DNA of 64,000 bases, taken from the IMG/VR virus record IMGVR_UViG_2703718833_000007, positions 1-64,000 of that record; one strand, written 5' to 3'. The stretch's first letter is position 1. Each line of letters opens with the position of its first letter. Source of the stretch: a virus (taxonomy: Duplodnaviria; Heunggongvirae; Uroviricota; Caudoviricetes). Under the pieces are notes generated by a model. It did no database searches. It was not told where the DNA came from and worked only from the letters and a program-made list of their open reading frames with translations. This document shows, piece by piece, positions 9,638 through 18,501 of this stretch. The translations under genes and the position numbers were made by a program.

Positions 9638-9786
9638 TACAAAATGTAAATAATCGGAGGTGACATTATGGTTATTCAGGCGCTCCAATTCAAACTGGCG
9701 GTAGCGGAAATGCTTCATGATGCCGAAATGTGGAGCGCCGCGAATAAAGCCTTGTATGTAGTGTTAACAGCGAAGGAGATCAAAGA

Positions 9787-10440
9787 GTGAAAACAGAGTT
9801 ACACAAAAAACTGTGGACGATTCAGCAAACGCTGAACGCGCCTAAAAATCAGCGTAATAATTTCGGCGGGTATAATTACAGATCAGCGGAGGATATTTTA
9901 GAAGCGGTTAAACCACTGCTTCAAAATATCACGCTGACTGTTAGTGATGAAATTGTCCTGATCGGCAATCGCTATTACGTGAAAGCAACGGCGACGCTAA
10001 GCGACGGTGAAGATGAAATAGCGGTAACGGCTTACGCCAGGGAGGAAGAAAGCAAGAAGGGAATGGACGCAAGCCAGCTAACAGGAGCAACATCAAGTTA
10101 CGCGCGGAAATATGCTTTGAACGGATTGTTCTGCATTGACGACGCCCGCGATCCTGATACTGACGCATACGCGAAGCAGACAGGCCAGCAGCCACGCCAG
10201 CAGAAAAATACGCCAAAACAGCAACCTAATCAGAAACCACAGCAGCAGAAAGCGCCGCCAAATCCTGATGAGGTGTTAGCACGTTTTTGTGATGCGGCAG
10301 CGAAAGCGCAGGACGAAAAAACACTAAGGGAAATATTCGGTAAATGTTGGAAGCTGTTACCTGAAAATTCAGAGCAACGGCAGAAAGCGCAAGATTGTTA
10401 CCAGATCCGTAAGGATGAACTGAATGGAACAATTAACTAA
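9787..10440 (+). CDS. Erf-family single-strand annealing protein
   Basis: 217 aa; Erf-like N-terminal domain, Q/P-rich C-terminus; GTG start with AAGGAG RBS. Confidence 0.7.
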   Translation: MKTELHKKLWTIQQTLNAPKNQRNNFGGYNYRSAEDILEAVKPLLQNITLTVSDEIVLIGNRYYVKATATLSDGEDEIAVTAYAREEESKKGMDASQLTGATSSYARKYALNGLFCIDDARDPDTDAYAKQTGQQPRQQKNTPKQQPNQKPQQQKAPPNPDEVLARFCDAAAKAQDEKTLREIFGKCWKLLPENSEQRQKAQDCYQIRKDELNGTIN

Positions 10441-11020
10441 AAAATGCACAAAATGCGGCAGAATCCTGCCGCTTAACTCTTTCCTGAAGCACAAATCATG
10501 CAAATACGGCGTAGCTGGTACATGTAAGGATTGCGCAAAGGTATACAGGGAAGCCAATAAAGACAAAATAGCCGAGCAAAATAGAAGATGGAGGGAAAAA
10601 CACAAGGAAGAAATTCGAGAAAAGGATAGAAAATACTACGAAGAACACAAAGAAGAATGTAATAAGCGAGCGAAAGAGTATCGTAAAAATAACAAAGAAA
10701 AAATATTGGAAAAGAAAAATAATTGGGTAAGAAGAAACGAGGAAAGGTTAAAGGAGTATAGGAGACAATACCACGAAGATTATAAAGAAAGAAATAAGGC
10801 GGAACTAAAGGCAAGAACAAAACTAAGCAACGCCATTAGAGATGGTAAAGTATTAAGGCCAAATAAATGTGATAGGTGCGGGAAAAAGTGCACTCCTGAT
10901 GGGCATCATTGGAATTATGCATATCCGCTAAATGTTGTTTGGTTATGCCGTTCTTGTCATAAGATAGTGCATTTTAAGTTTGGGTGTATACACGAAAACA
11001 TTAACGGGGAGATCGGTTAA
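10424..11020 (+). CDS. zinc-ribbon / Lys-Glu-rich / HNH-like nuclease-motif protein
   Basis: N-terminal CxxC...CxxC, highly charged KE-rich middle, C-terminal CxxC...HH...CxxCH HNH-like motif; A-rich composition. Confidence 0.45.
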   Translation: MEQLTKKCTKCGRILPLNSFLKHKSCKYGVAGTCKDCAKVYREANKDKIAEQNRRWREKHKEEIREKDRKYYEEHKEECNKRAKEYRKNNKEKILEKKNNWVRRNEERLKEYRRQYHEDYKERNKAELKARTKLSNAIRDGKVLRPNKCDRCGKKCTPDGHHWNYAYPLNVVWLCRSCHKIVHFKFGCIHENINGEIG

Positions 11021-11424
11021 TGAGCTTAAATTTAATCACACTTGGCGGTAATATTGGGAATGATATGAAAGTTCGCTACACGCAAAACGGGAAGGCGATT
11101 GGTAGTTTTTCGTTAGCTGTAACGAATGGATACGGTGATAATAAACGGACAATGTGGATCACTTGTCTGGTATTTGGCGAGCGTGCGGAAAAATTAGCGC
11201 CACATATCCGCAAGGGCGGGAAAATAGTGGTAAGCGGTCGCCTGGACGTTCGGCAATATGACTGGAACGACGGCACGAAGGGGACTGCGGTAGAAGTGGC
11301 GGTTAATGAGTTCGAATTTTGCAGCAGAAACGATCAGCAACCACAGCAACAGCAGCAACAGCAGAATAATGGCGGTGGATATGAAGAGCCGCCAATGGAT
11401 TTTGATGATTCAATTCCTTTTTAA
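11020..11424 (+). CDS. ssb: single-stranded DNA-binding protein
   Basis: 134 aa; OB-fold SSB pattern, Q-rich linker, acidic C-terminal tail ending DDSIPF. Confidence 0.85.
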   Translation: MSLNLITLGGNIGNDMKVRYTQNGKAIGSFSLAVTNGYGDNKRTMWITCLVFGERAEKLAPHIRKGGKIVVSGRLDVRQYDWNDGTKGTAVEVAVNEFEFCSRNDQQPQQQQQQQNNGGGYEEPPMDFDDSIPF

Positions 11425-11439
11425 ATCAATAGGTTAGCG

Positions 11440-11718
11440 ATGGTCGATTATTTAAAACCGCCACCGCCACCGCGAACAAAAGAGCAAGTATTAAAAGAAG
11501 CCCGTGATCAAATCGATCATGGGCTTTTTTTATGTGGCACGGCAGCGGAACGGATGGCAAAAAGATTCAGTGACCTGTACGCAAAACAAATATGGTTCGA
11601 CAACTGGCAGGCAAGTTTTTATCCACTGCAAAGAAAACCGGATATGCACTGGCCTGAATATGTCGATCCGCGTATGCGCAAATATCGCGGGCGTATGGGC
11701 CAGGTCATTAACGATTAA
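11440..11718 (+). CDS. hypothetical protein (92 aa)
   Basis: Operon-context ORF. Confidence 0.4.
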   Translation: MVDYLKPPPPPRTKEQVLKEARDQIDHGLFLCGTAAERMAKRFSDLYAKQIWFDNWQASFYPLQRKPDMHWPEYVDPRMRKYRGRMGQVIND

Positions 11719-11957
11719 TGAGGTATCAAATCATGATCGAAGAAAAAGAAGTTGATAAGGAAATGCCTGACACAGCAGATGACTACGTTACTTTTGATGG
11801 CGGCCTGTATGAGTTCGATACGTCGGCTGGGTGGACGGATAAGTGGCCTCTTCCTACTCGCCAGGAATTAATGGCGCGCAAATCATTCGGCGAAGATGCG
11901 GAACGCCTTGCCAATAACAAATGGCTTGATAAGTTCATTGCGGAGGGTGGCAAATGA
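11718..11957 (+). CDS. hypothetical protein (79 aa)
   Basis: ATGA start/stop coupling. Confidence 0.4.
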   Translation: MRYQIMIEEKEVDKEMPDTADDYVTFDGGLYEFDTSAGWTDKWPLPTRQELMARKSFGEDAERLANNKWLDKFIAEGGK

Positions 11958-12067
11958 ACCTTGCAAAAATTGCCGCATTGCTTGCGGCTTTGTCTATCGC
12001 TGTGCTGTATCTCAGTGTATCGCTTTATATCACGGTAGCGATCATTAAACTCATTACTAACATGTGA
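11954..12067 (+). CDS. small membrane peptide (37 aa)
   Basis: Single hydrophobic helix; GGAGGG RBS; overlaps upstream stop. Confidence 0.35.
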   Translation: MNLAKIAALLAALSIAVLYLSVSLYITVAIIKLITNM

Positions 12068-12075
12068 GGTTAATC

Positions 12076-12195
12076 ATGAAAGTCGGTAAGGATATTGTAA
12101 CGGTCGCGTTTTGCATTATTTGCTTCCTGTTTGTGGTTGTGTTTTGTGGCGGATTTGCTGCGTTGGTTAGCCTTATTTTTAGGGGGTTGCTGTAA
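12076..12195 (+). CDS. small membrane peptide (39 aa)
   Basis: Hydrophobic helix; GAGGT RBS; stop overlaps next start. Confidence 0.35.
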   Translation: MKVGKDIVTVAFCIICFLFVVVFCGGFAALVSLIFRGLL

Positions 12196-12467
12196 TGAAA
12201 ACATGGGATGCAAAGGCTGGCGATCTTGTTGTATTGCCTGAATATCGTGATGACCCTGGCATGGTTGTGCTGAATAAGACGTATAACGATTTTGAGCGCC
12301 CACTATTGGTTAAATATCTGGACGGAGAAATCATAGAACCGCGCTACTTTGATGAGATTGAACTAAAGGCACGCAATGTCCGCGTTAAGCCGTTCCGGGC
12401 TTATGTTGAAGACCACTGGCGTAAATTGTTCGCCGGACTGAATGGGATGTACGGCGTATGGCTATAA
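12195..12467 (+). CDS. hypothetical protein (90 aa)
   Basis: Operon-context ORF. Confidence 0.4.
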   Translation: MKTWDAKAGDLVVLPEYRDDPGMVVLNKTYNDFERPLLVKYLDGEIIEPRYFDEIELKARNVRVKPFRAYVEDHWRKLFAGLNGMYGVWL

Positions 12468-12658
12468 AATTAGTGAAAGTTAAACACCTGAAAGGCGGTG
12501 AGACGATCCGCGCGTGGTATGGATACGAATTTACTGTATCTGCATTTTATTTCGGTCCTGGTGGTCAGGTGACACTATTTGACGAAGATTTATGCGAGGT
12601 TGGGCAATGGCATCTTGAACAATATGTTGAGGTGTTAAATGAAAATCAAGTTTTATAA
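12458..12658 (+). CDS. hypothetical protein (66 aa)
   Basis: Operon-context ORF. Confidence 0.35.
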   Translation: MAIKLVKVKHLKGGETIRAWYGYEFTVSAFYFGPGGQVTLFDEDLCEVGQWHLEQYVEVLNENQVL

Positions 12659-12971
12659 AAGTTATGATTCAGCTACTAACAAGCTATCACTATTTATTGA
12701 GTTCGAACGCCGGATCGTGGTTGTTCCTTATTCTCGGCGCTTTAATGATGCAGCAGGGCGGCGACAGTTCGCGTTAGATATGTTGTTACGCGGTTGCGGC
12801 CTTATGCGCCCGCTATCTGATTTAAAACGGATGATGCCTGGATCGTTCGGTCAGATTGATGAAATAGAAATAAGTCAGGAAGAACTAAAACGGGCGCGTG
12901 ATTTATTCCTTTCAAGCGAAGGAAACCAGTTTAATCCAGAAACTGAAATGAAATGGCATCACCCACTATAA
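12639..12971 (+). CDS. hypothetical protein (110 aa)
   Basis: Operon-context ORF. Confidence 0.4.
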   Translation: MKIKFYKSYDSATNKLSLFIEFERRIVVVPYSRRFNDAAGRRQFALDMLLRGCGLMRPLSDLKRMMPGSFGQIDEIEISQEELKRARDLFLSSEGNQFNPETEMKWHHPL

Positions 12972-12984
12972 AAGGATAAATATC

Positions 12985-13605
12985 ATGAACGACATCAAAA
13001 CAGCTTATTCACTCGGCAGCGAAGGCATGTTAATCACTCGCTACACTGAAGACGCAAGTTTTCATGAAGTAGAAATTAAAGATTATCACGAAGTATTGAA
13101 AGATATGGAAGCTGGCAAGTATGACGCTGATTTGAATCTGGCGTTACAGATTGTTGATATTGTGATGGATGCAAACATCCGCGATTATGTGTCTTTAAGT
13201 GCGGAAGAAAAAACATCGGTAGCTCGCTATGTCTTCTGTCTTGCTTTCGTAAAACGCATGGAAGAGGAATATGGGCGCGTACCAGTGCCGGAAGAGATTG
13301 ACCCGCTTGCGTTCGGAAGCGCTGTTATCTTCCCGCTTGATGAAAACCGTATGGGAAGCATTGCGCTGTATTCTATGCGTGGCATGATGAAAAAACTCTT
13401 TGAAGTTAAGGTGATGCAGAAATGTATTGATGAAGGCCACAAAGAGGAAGAAATAAAATTTTTCATGCCATTGTTTTACGGTGAAATGGTCGGAAATGAT
13501 ATGCGTGCAAATGATCTAGGTGTACAGGCGGCTATTGCGGTGCTTAATGATGCACGGAAAAATTCACAGCCAATGCCGGAACCGGAAAAACGTGTACTGC
13601 ATTAA
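12985..13605 (+). CDS. hypothetical protein (206 aa)
   Basis: Operon-context ORF. Confidence 0.45.
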   Translation: MNDIKTAYSLGSEGMLITRYTEDASFHEVEIKDYHEVLKDMEAGKYDADLNLALQIVDIVMDANIRDYVSLSAEEKTSVARYVFCLAFVKRMEEEYGRVPVPEEIDPLAFGSAVIFPLDENRMGSIALYSMRGMMKKLFEVKVMQKCIDEGHKEEEIKFFMPLFYGEMVGNDMRANDLGVQAAIAVLNDARKNSQPMPEPEKRVLH

Positions 13606-13703
13606 CAGCGTGATTGCGATCACATGAACATACATTTTGTGTTGTGATTGCATATCCGTTTTGTAAACTTAAATTAAAGGTTTACATCGCGGAGGAAAGT
13701 AAG

Positions 13704-13922
13704 ATGGAACGTGAATACATGCTTTATTGCGTTGAGGGTGGCGTAGGTAGCGATGCCTACGTCGCCGGGAAAAGCTATCCAGCAGATGAAGTGCTTTCTA
13801 ATATGCACTTCCGTGAAAATGAAAACCAGGTGTCTGTGTGGAAGCGATGCGTTGATGGTATTGAAGTCGTTAGCCTTGAAAGATATTTGGGTAAATTCGA
13901 CTACGGATTAATTGAGGCTTAA
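13704..13922 (+). CDS. hypothetical protein (72 aa)
   Basis: Start at ATG 13704 with GGAGGAAAG RBS. Confidence 0.4.
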   Translation: MEREYMLYCVEGGVGSDAYVAGKSYPADEVLSNMHFRENENQVSVWKRCVDGIEVVSLERYLGKFDYGLIEA

Positions 13923-14020
13923 CTATGGACGAATCATTGCTATTCATGTGCATTTGCTGGGGTTTTATTGCCTTATGCCTGTTTATCAGGTGGTTTATTG
14001 AATACCACATGAGGTGATAT

Positions 14021-14215
14021 ATGGAACAGAAAACTGATTATAGAATACCTGACAACCTGAAATTGGTTGGTATTGGTTTTGGTTGTCGTTTTGTATCTGA
14101 CGTAAACGGGGCTATTTATTTAGTGCGCATCATTGATGGCGTTCAGCATATAAGAAGGCTAGGACTTTATATCAAAGCATTCAGGAGAGGTTATTTGAAA
14201 ACTCATGAAATTTAA
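14021..14215 (+). CDS. hypothetical protein (64 aa)
   Basis: Operon-context ORF. Confidence 0.35.
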   Translation: MEQKTDYRIPDNLKLVGIGFGCRFVSDVNGAIYLVRIIDGVQHIRRLGLYIKAFRRGYLKTHEI

Positions 14216-14408
14216 ACAGTATAAAGAATGGAAGATTCCAGAAGAAGCAACAAAGGCAGCGCCAGGAAGTTTTTCTGGCGTTTACTTTTATATGGGTGGT
14301 AAATGGTATTTCGGCAGCAGGCCGGATCACTATTATCAAGAAGTATGCAAATCTCACACCTGGGATATTAATGAACGCGTGCAAGGTGGTGTAATAGACG
14401 AGGTTTAA
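14205..14408 (+). CDS. hypothetical protein (67 aa)
   Basis: Operon-context ORF. Confidence 0.35.
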   Translation: MKFKQYKEWKIPEEATKAAPGSFSGVYFYMGGKWYFGSRPDHYYQEVCKSHTWDINERVQGGVIDEV

Positions 14409-14409
14409 A

Positions 14410-14646
14410 ATGGTTAGGGCTTTTTTAAAGTGGTTAGGTGAGTGGCTTTTGGCTACGCTTTTCGTTTTTTTGACGTTCATTGCAGTAATGATCATCTTTC
14501 TTCTTTCCATGATGTTCCTTACATGGTCAGTACCAGAGTTTATGGATATTGGTAAGGTTCTTGATTTCGCTCGTGCTTTGTTGCTTTGTAGTGCATTTAT
14601 TGGTTTTTGCAGGACTGTTTCGCCTGATTGGGATGATGAATGGTGA
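14410..14646 (+). CDS. small membrane protein (78 aa, two predicted TM helices)
   Basis: Two hydrophobic segments. Confidence 0.4.
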   Translation: MVRAFLKWLGEWLLATLFVFLTFIAVMIIFLLSMMFLTWSVPEFMDIGKVLDFARALLLCSAFIGFCRTVSPDWDDEW

Positions 14647-14650
14647 TCCT

Positions 14651-14884
14651 ATGGCCTTGTTCAATATGTCAGAGCCGCAATTTAACGCCGTAAAGACTGC
14701 CGCCCGCGCAGCGCTTTCGGCCTGCAAAGCGGAAGTAGAGAAAAACGGCTACAGCGATAAAGCTACGCGGCTGATATTAGAAAAGCATTATCGCAAGGTC
14801 GCCCCACTAATCAGCATTGAGCGCTTTGTGTGGTTGGTGGGGTATTTAAACAACCGTTGGGGAACGGAACAGGATTATTTCTAA
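14651..14884 (+). CDS. hypothetical protein (77 aa)
   Basis: Start at ATG 14651 with GGTGA RBS. Confidence 0.4.
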   Translation: MALFNMSEPQFNAVKTAARAALSACKAEVEKNGYSDKATRLILEKHYRKVAPLISIERFVWLVGYLNNRWGTEQDYF

Positions 14885-14893
14885 GGGGGCGTA

Positions 14894-15433
14894 ATGAAAA
14901 ATGATTTTGGAGGCAGCCACACTCCTAAGGAAATTAAAGATCTATGGCAGACGCCTAAACCAGTTTTCAGAGGAATGGATCGGGAATTTGAATTCGTCGC
15001 GGATGTGGCGGCAAACAAGGCAAACGCGCTAGTTCCGCGATATATAACCGAAGAAATGGACACGTTGCATTATCCGTGGGGAGCGGTGGCAATGCCTGGC
15101 GAGTATGTCTGGCTTAATCCGCCATATTCTAAACCGGGGCCATTCGTTGAGAAGGCGGCATTAGAACATCAACGAAATCACATTGGCTGTGTAATGCTGT
15201 TGCCCGCTGACATTTCTGTTAGCTGGTTCATGAACGGCGTGGAGACGGCAAACGAATGCCGATTAATCACGCGCGGGCGTCTGGCGTTTATCAATGCTGA
15301 GACAGGGAAACCAGCAAGCGGAAACAACAAAGGCAGCTTGTTTTTGATCTGGCATCCACGGTGCAGACATGAATGTATTTTTACGCAGATAACACGTAAA
15401 GAGCTATATGCAAGAGGTGCAGATAATGACTAG
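14894..15433 (+). CDS. phage DNA N6-adenine methyltransferase (Dam-like)
   Basis: 179 aa; WLNPPYS matches the (D/N)PPY catalytic motif of N6-adenine methyltransferases; AAGGGGG RBS. Confidence 0.7.
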   Translation: MKNDFGGSHTPKEIKDLWQTPKPVFRGMDREFEFVADVAANKANALVPRYITEEMDTLHYPWGAVAMPGEYVWLNPPYSKPGPFVEKAALEHQRNHIGCVMLLPADISVSWFMNGVETANECRLITRGRLAFINAETGKPASGNNKGSLFLIWHPRCRHECIFTQITRKELYARGADND

Positions 15434-15854
15434 TGCGGCAGATTTACTACGAATCGCAGCGGAAACAATAGAGCAAAGGGGTAAACAAAACGGATACGAC
15501 AGAAAAGAGGAAAAATCAGCGCCAAAAATAGCCACTATTTACAACGCTAAGAAGGGTACAAATTTAACCCCGCTTGATGTATGGGATCTGTTGATTTGTC
15601 TCAAGGAGGCGCGTTTAGAGGCCATTTTGGTAAATGGTTCTGACCCTACTGATACTTTGGTTGACTTGATTAGCTACAGCGCACTAAAAGCTGAGCAGAT
15701 ATTAAGCGATCATGAGGAAGAGCAAAAGAAAAAACAGTTCACTGCTCTTAATCCTCAATGTGGTTGTATTTCAACTCGGCTTGATTTGAGTTTTGACAGA
15801 TCTGAAGCTATTCGCGATAAGAGGTATGACCCAAATGAAAAAGGTGGCAATTGA
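15426..15854 (+). CDS. hypothetical protein (142 aa)
   Basis: Start at ATG 15426 with AAGAGGTG RBS. Confidence 0.4.
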   Translation: MTSAADLLRIAAETIEQRGKQNGYDRKEEKSAPKIATIYNAKKGTNLTPLDVWDLLICLKEARLEAILVNGSDPTDTLVDLISYSALKAEQILSDHEEEQKKKQFTALNPQCGCISTRLDLSFDRSEAIRDKRYDPNEKGGN

Positions 15855-16338
15855 CAGGTTATTAGCCTGCGTTTATGTCGCCGTTTTCGTGATCATCAAC
15901 CTTATTGTTAACCATTGCGGCCCGTGGGTAATTCCGATCACCACGGTAGCCGCTGTGTGTGTCAATATGATGATCCGTGACTTCTTGCTGTATGACGGCG
16001 GCTTGAAATGGTCTGCTACAACATGCGCCGCCGCTGGCGCAATCACGGTAATGATAAATTACGATGCTGGAATGGTAGCGATCGCGTCATTCGTTGCGGT
16101 TGTTTCCGGTGCGCTTATATCTGGAGGTGTTTACCGGGTTTTGCCTGGTGATTTCGATTCTAAGCGCTGGCCTGCAAACATAGCTTCAGCCATCGGGGAT
16201 GCGTTAATTTTCCCGACGCTATCGTTTATGGCGTTTATGCCGGAAATATCAGCGATGCAGTTTATCTCAAAAATGGCAGCGGTAACGGTGATCACTATCA
16301 TCATGCGCCGCTATTTCACGTTTGAGGGTAGAAAATGA
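15835..16338 (+). CDS. integral membrane protein, possible YhhQ-like queuosine-precursor transporter family
   Basis: 167 aa, multiple TM helices; segment VYRVLPG..SKRWPANIASAIGDALIF resembles a conserved region of YhhQ-family transporters as recalled; tentative. Confidence 0.3.
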   Translation: MKKVAIDRLLACVYVAVFVIINLIVNHCGPWVIPITTVAAVCVNMMIRDFLLYDGGLKWSATTCAAAGAITVMINYDAGMVAIASFVAVVSGALISGGVYRVLPGDFDSKRWPANIASAIGDALIFPTLSFMAFMPEISAMQFISKMAAVTVITIIMRRYFTFEGRK

Positions 16339-16862
16339 ATTGGGATGATTATTTTATATACAATCCGGACACAGGTAAGTTGTACTGGAAATATAGAAAT
16401 GACATAGAAGAATCAAGGCGTAAACAATGGAATGCGTGTAATGCTGGTCATGAGGTTGGACATATTGGCGGAAGCGGTGGGTGTCTTAATACAGCGCTTA
16501 CCGTTGGCGGAAAGCGTTATAATTTAAAAGTACATAGAATATGTTACGAGATGTACTATGGGCCAATACCTGAAGGTAAGGAGGTTGATCATATAAATCA
16601 CGTTAAAACAGATAATCGAGCCGTCAATCTTGGATTAAAAGACCATAAAGATAATATGCGCAACATGTCTTTAATGGTAAACAATACCAGTGGGTGCGCT
16701 GGTATCCATAAAAATAAACATGGTAAATGGGTTGTTAGAATCGGTGGAGGCAAAAGAGGTAATAGAATTTATATAGGGTGTTTTTCTGATATCAATGACG
16801 CAATAAAAGCTAGGCGCGACGCTGAAAGAAAGTATGGCTATCATGAAAATCACGGCAAATAG
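16335..16862 (+). CDS. HNH endonuclease with AP2 domain, copy 2
   Basis: VDHINH...N HNH_3 motif, AP2-like segment, C-terminal KYGYHENHGK. Confidence 0.8.
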   Translation: MNWDDYFIYNPDTGKLYWKYRNDIEESRRKQWNACNAGHEVGHIGGSGGCLNTALTVGGKRYNLKVHRICYEMYYGPIPEGKEVDHINHVKTDNRAVNLGLKDHKDNMRNMSLMVNNTSGCAGIHKNKHGKWVVRIGGGKRGNRIYIGCFSDINDAIKARRDAERKYGYHENHGK

Positions 16863-17121
16863 AACAACCACGCCACCGCCGCGCGGCTTTGCCCGTGCTG
16901 TATTCCTGGCTAACGACCGGGCCATCAATCGTGCTACGCTCAACCGCGTTTTACCGGACTGAAATTTACAAAATGGCGTCATTGCGTGATGTGGATCACA
17001 TAATGGCGCTTTTCACCTTGTTCTGACGTATCCGTTTTGTATACTTCAAACAAGCAAAATGCTCTTTAAAAATCCGGCAGCGCTGAAATGCGTAGAAATC
17101 ACCTGAAAAGGAGAGAGCATT

Positions 17122-17298
17122 ATGCCTTTTGATAATTACCAATGGCATGACGACTATGAACGAGAAAGCGTCATGCGTGCAATGTGCAATGTATGCAGCA
17201 CGAAGAAAGGAGACTGCAACGAGTGCAACGAATGTTTAGATCATTGGCTAAGGGCCGGACACGCCGAAAGGCGGAGCGAAACAGAAAATCAAAAATAA
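17122..17298 (+). CDS. small Cys-rich protein (58 aa)
   Basis: CNVC...CNEC pattern; AAAAGGAGAG RBS; below track cutoff. Confidence 0.3.
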   Translation: MPFDNYQWHDDYERESVMRAMCNVCSTKKGDCNECNECLDHWLRAGHAERRSETENQK

Positions 17299-17312
17299 TC
17301 GGGGTGATTTTT

Positions 17313-17918
17313 ATGCAGAACCCTAAAAAACCCATAAGACGCCGTTGCAAATGCTGCGGCGTTTTTTTTGAACCTAAATATCACAATCAAACGTGGTGCA
17401 GCGATGAATGTCTGGAAGAACTGAAGTTTGATCAGCTATGCCGCGATCGTGAAAAGGCTATGAAGGCTATGGAGCGGAAGAAACGCCGCGATAGCCAGCG
17501 TGAGGAACGCAACCGGAAGCGGAAGCAGTTAAATCCGCGTAGTTATTGGTTAAAGCAGGCGCAAAACGTGTTTAACGCATATATTCGCGAACGTGACGCA
17601 GGACAGCCGTGTATATCTTGCGGGACTTATTATTATGAGCAATGCGGAGCAGATGCGGGGCATTACAGGACGGTAGCAGCAGCTGGACACCTTCGATTTA
17701 ACGAGGATAACGTAAACCTACAATGTCGACATTGCAATCAGGTATTAGACGGAAACATAGAGGCATATCGTCCGGCACTGATTCGAAAAATTGGCCTTGC
17801 CAGGGTGGAGGCGTTGGAGAACAACAACGAAACCCATAAATGGACGATCGAAGAATGCAAGGAGATCATTAAAGTTTACCAGGCGAAATTGGACGCCCTA
17901 AGGAGAAAGGCGGCATGA
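17313..17918 (+). CDS. ninG: NinG/Rap-family recombination-associated protein
   Basis: 201 aa; multiple Cys/His clusters; recalled similarity to lambda NinG; GGGGTGA RBS. Confidence 0.65.
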   Translation: MQNPKKPIRRRCKCCGVFFEPKYHNQTWCSDECLEELKFDQLCRDREKAMKAMERKKRRDSQREERNRKRKQLNPRSYWLKQAQNVFNAYIRERDAGQPCISCGTYYYEQCGADAGHYRTVAAAGHLRFNEDNVNLQCRHCNQVLDGNIEAYRPALIRKIGLARVEALENNNETHKWTIEECKEIIKVYQAKLDALRRKAA

Positions 17919-18322
17919 ATGAATATACATTTAGCCTACCTTACCCGCCATCGAATAATAGGTATTACCGGCATTCACGAGGTTTTCATTATATCAGTAA
18001 AGTGGGGAAAGAATACCGGGAACAGGTAAGAGACATCATCGAGCTATTAAATTTAAACATCAACCTATCTTGCCGACTGGCAATTACCATTCATGCCGCG
18101 CCGCCGGATAACCGGATAAGAGATCTGGATAATATCACCAAATGCCTTTTTGATAGCCTTACTTACGCCGGATTCTGGACCGACGACGGGCAGATCGATT
18201 CTATAAAAATTGTTCGCTGCCGGAAGGTAAAAGGCGGGCGCTTGTTTATTAAGATCCGCGAACGCGGCGACCTACTACCGGATATTGACGAATACGAGAC
18301 TAATATGTGGGGTGAGCAATGA
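17915..18322 (+). CDS. rusA: RusA-family Holliday junction resolvase
   Basis: 135 aa; RusA-like pattern; AAGGAG RBS. Confidence 0.7.
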   Translation: MNEYTFSLPYPPSNNRYYRHSRGFHYISKVGKEYREQVRDIIELLNLNINLSCRLAITIHAAPPDNRIRDLDNITKCLFDSLTYAGFWTDDGQIDSIKIVRCRKVKGGRLFIKIRERGDLLPDIDEYETNMWGEQ

Positions 18323-18501
18323 AAAACGAAGTTAAAGATCTGCAAATAGATATTCAGTGCGATGAGCATGATTTAGCTACAGTCAGAAAAATCCAGGCTT
18401 TTCATATGCGAGAATTGCTTGCATTGAAAGAGCTTGAGAGGAAGTTAGTCCAGTCTATTTCTGATCGTAAACGCCTTATTGCTCGTTACGGGGGCAAATA
18501 A
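18319..18501 (+). CDS. hypothetical protein (60 aa)
   Basis: Coupled ORF. Confidence 0.35.
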   Translation: MKNEVKDLQIDIQCDEHDLATVRKIQAFHMRELLALKELERKLVQSISDRKRLIARYGGK

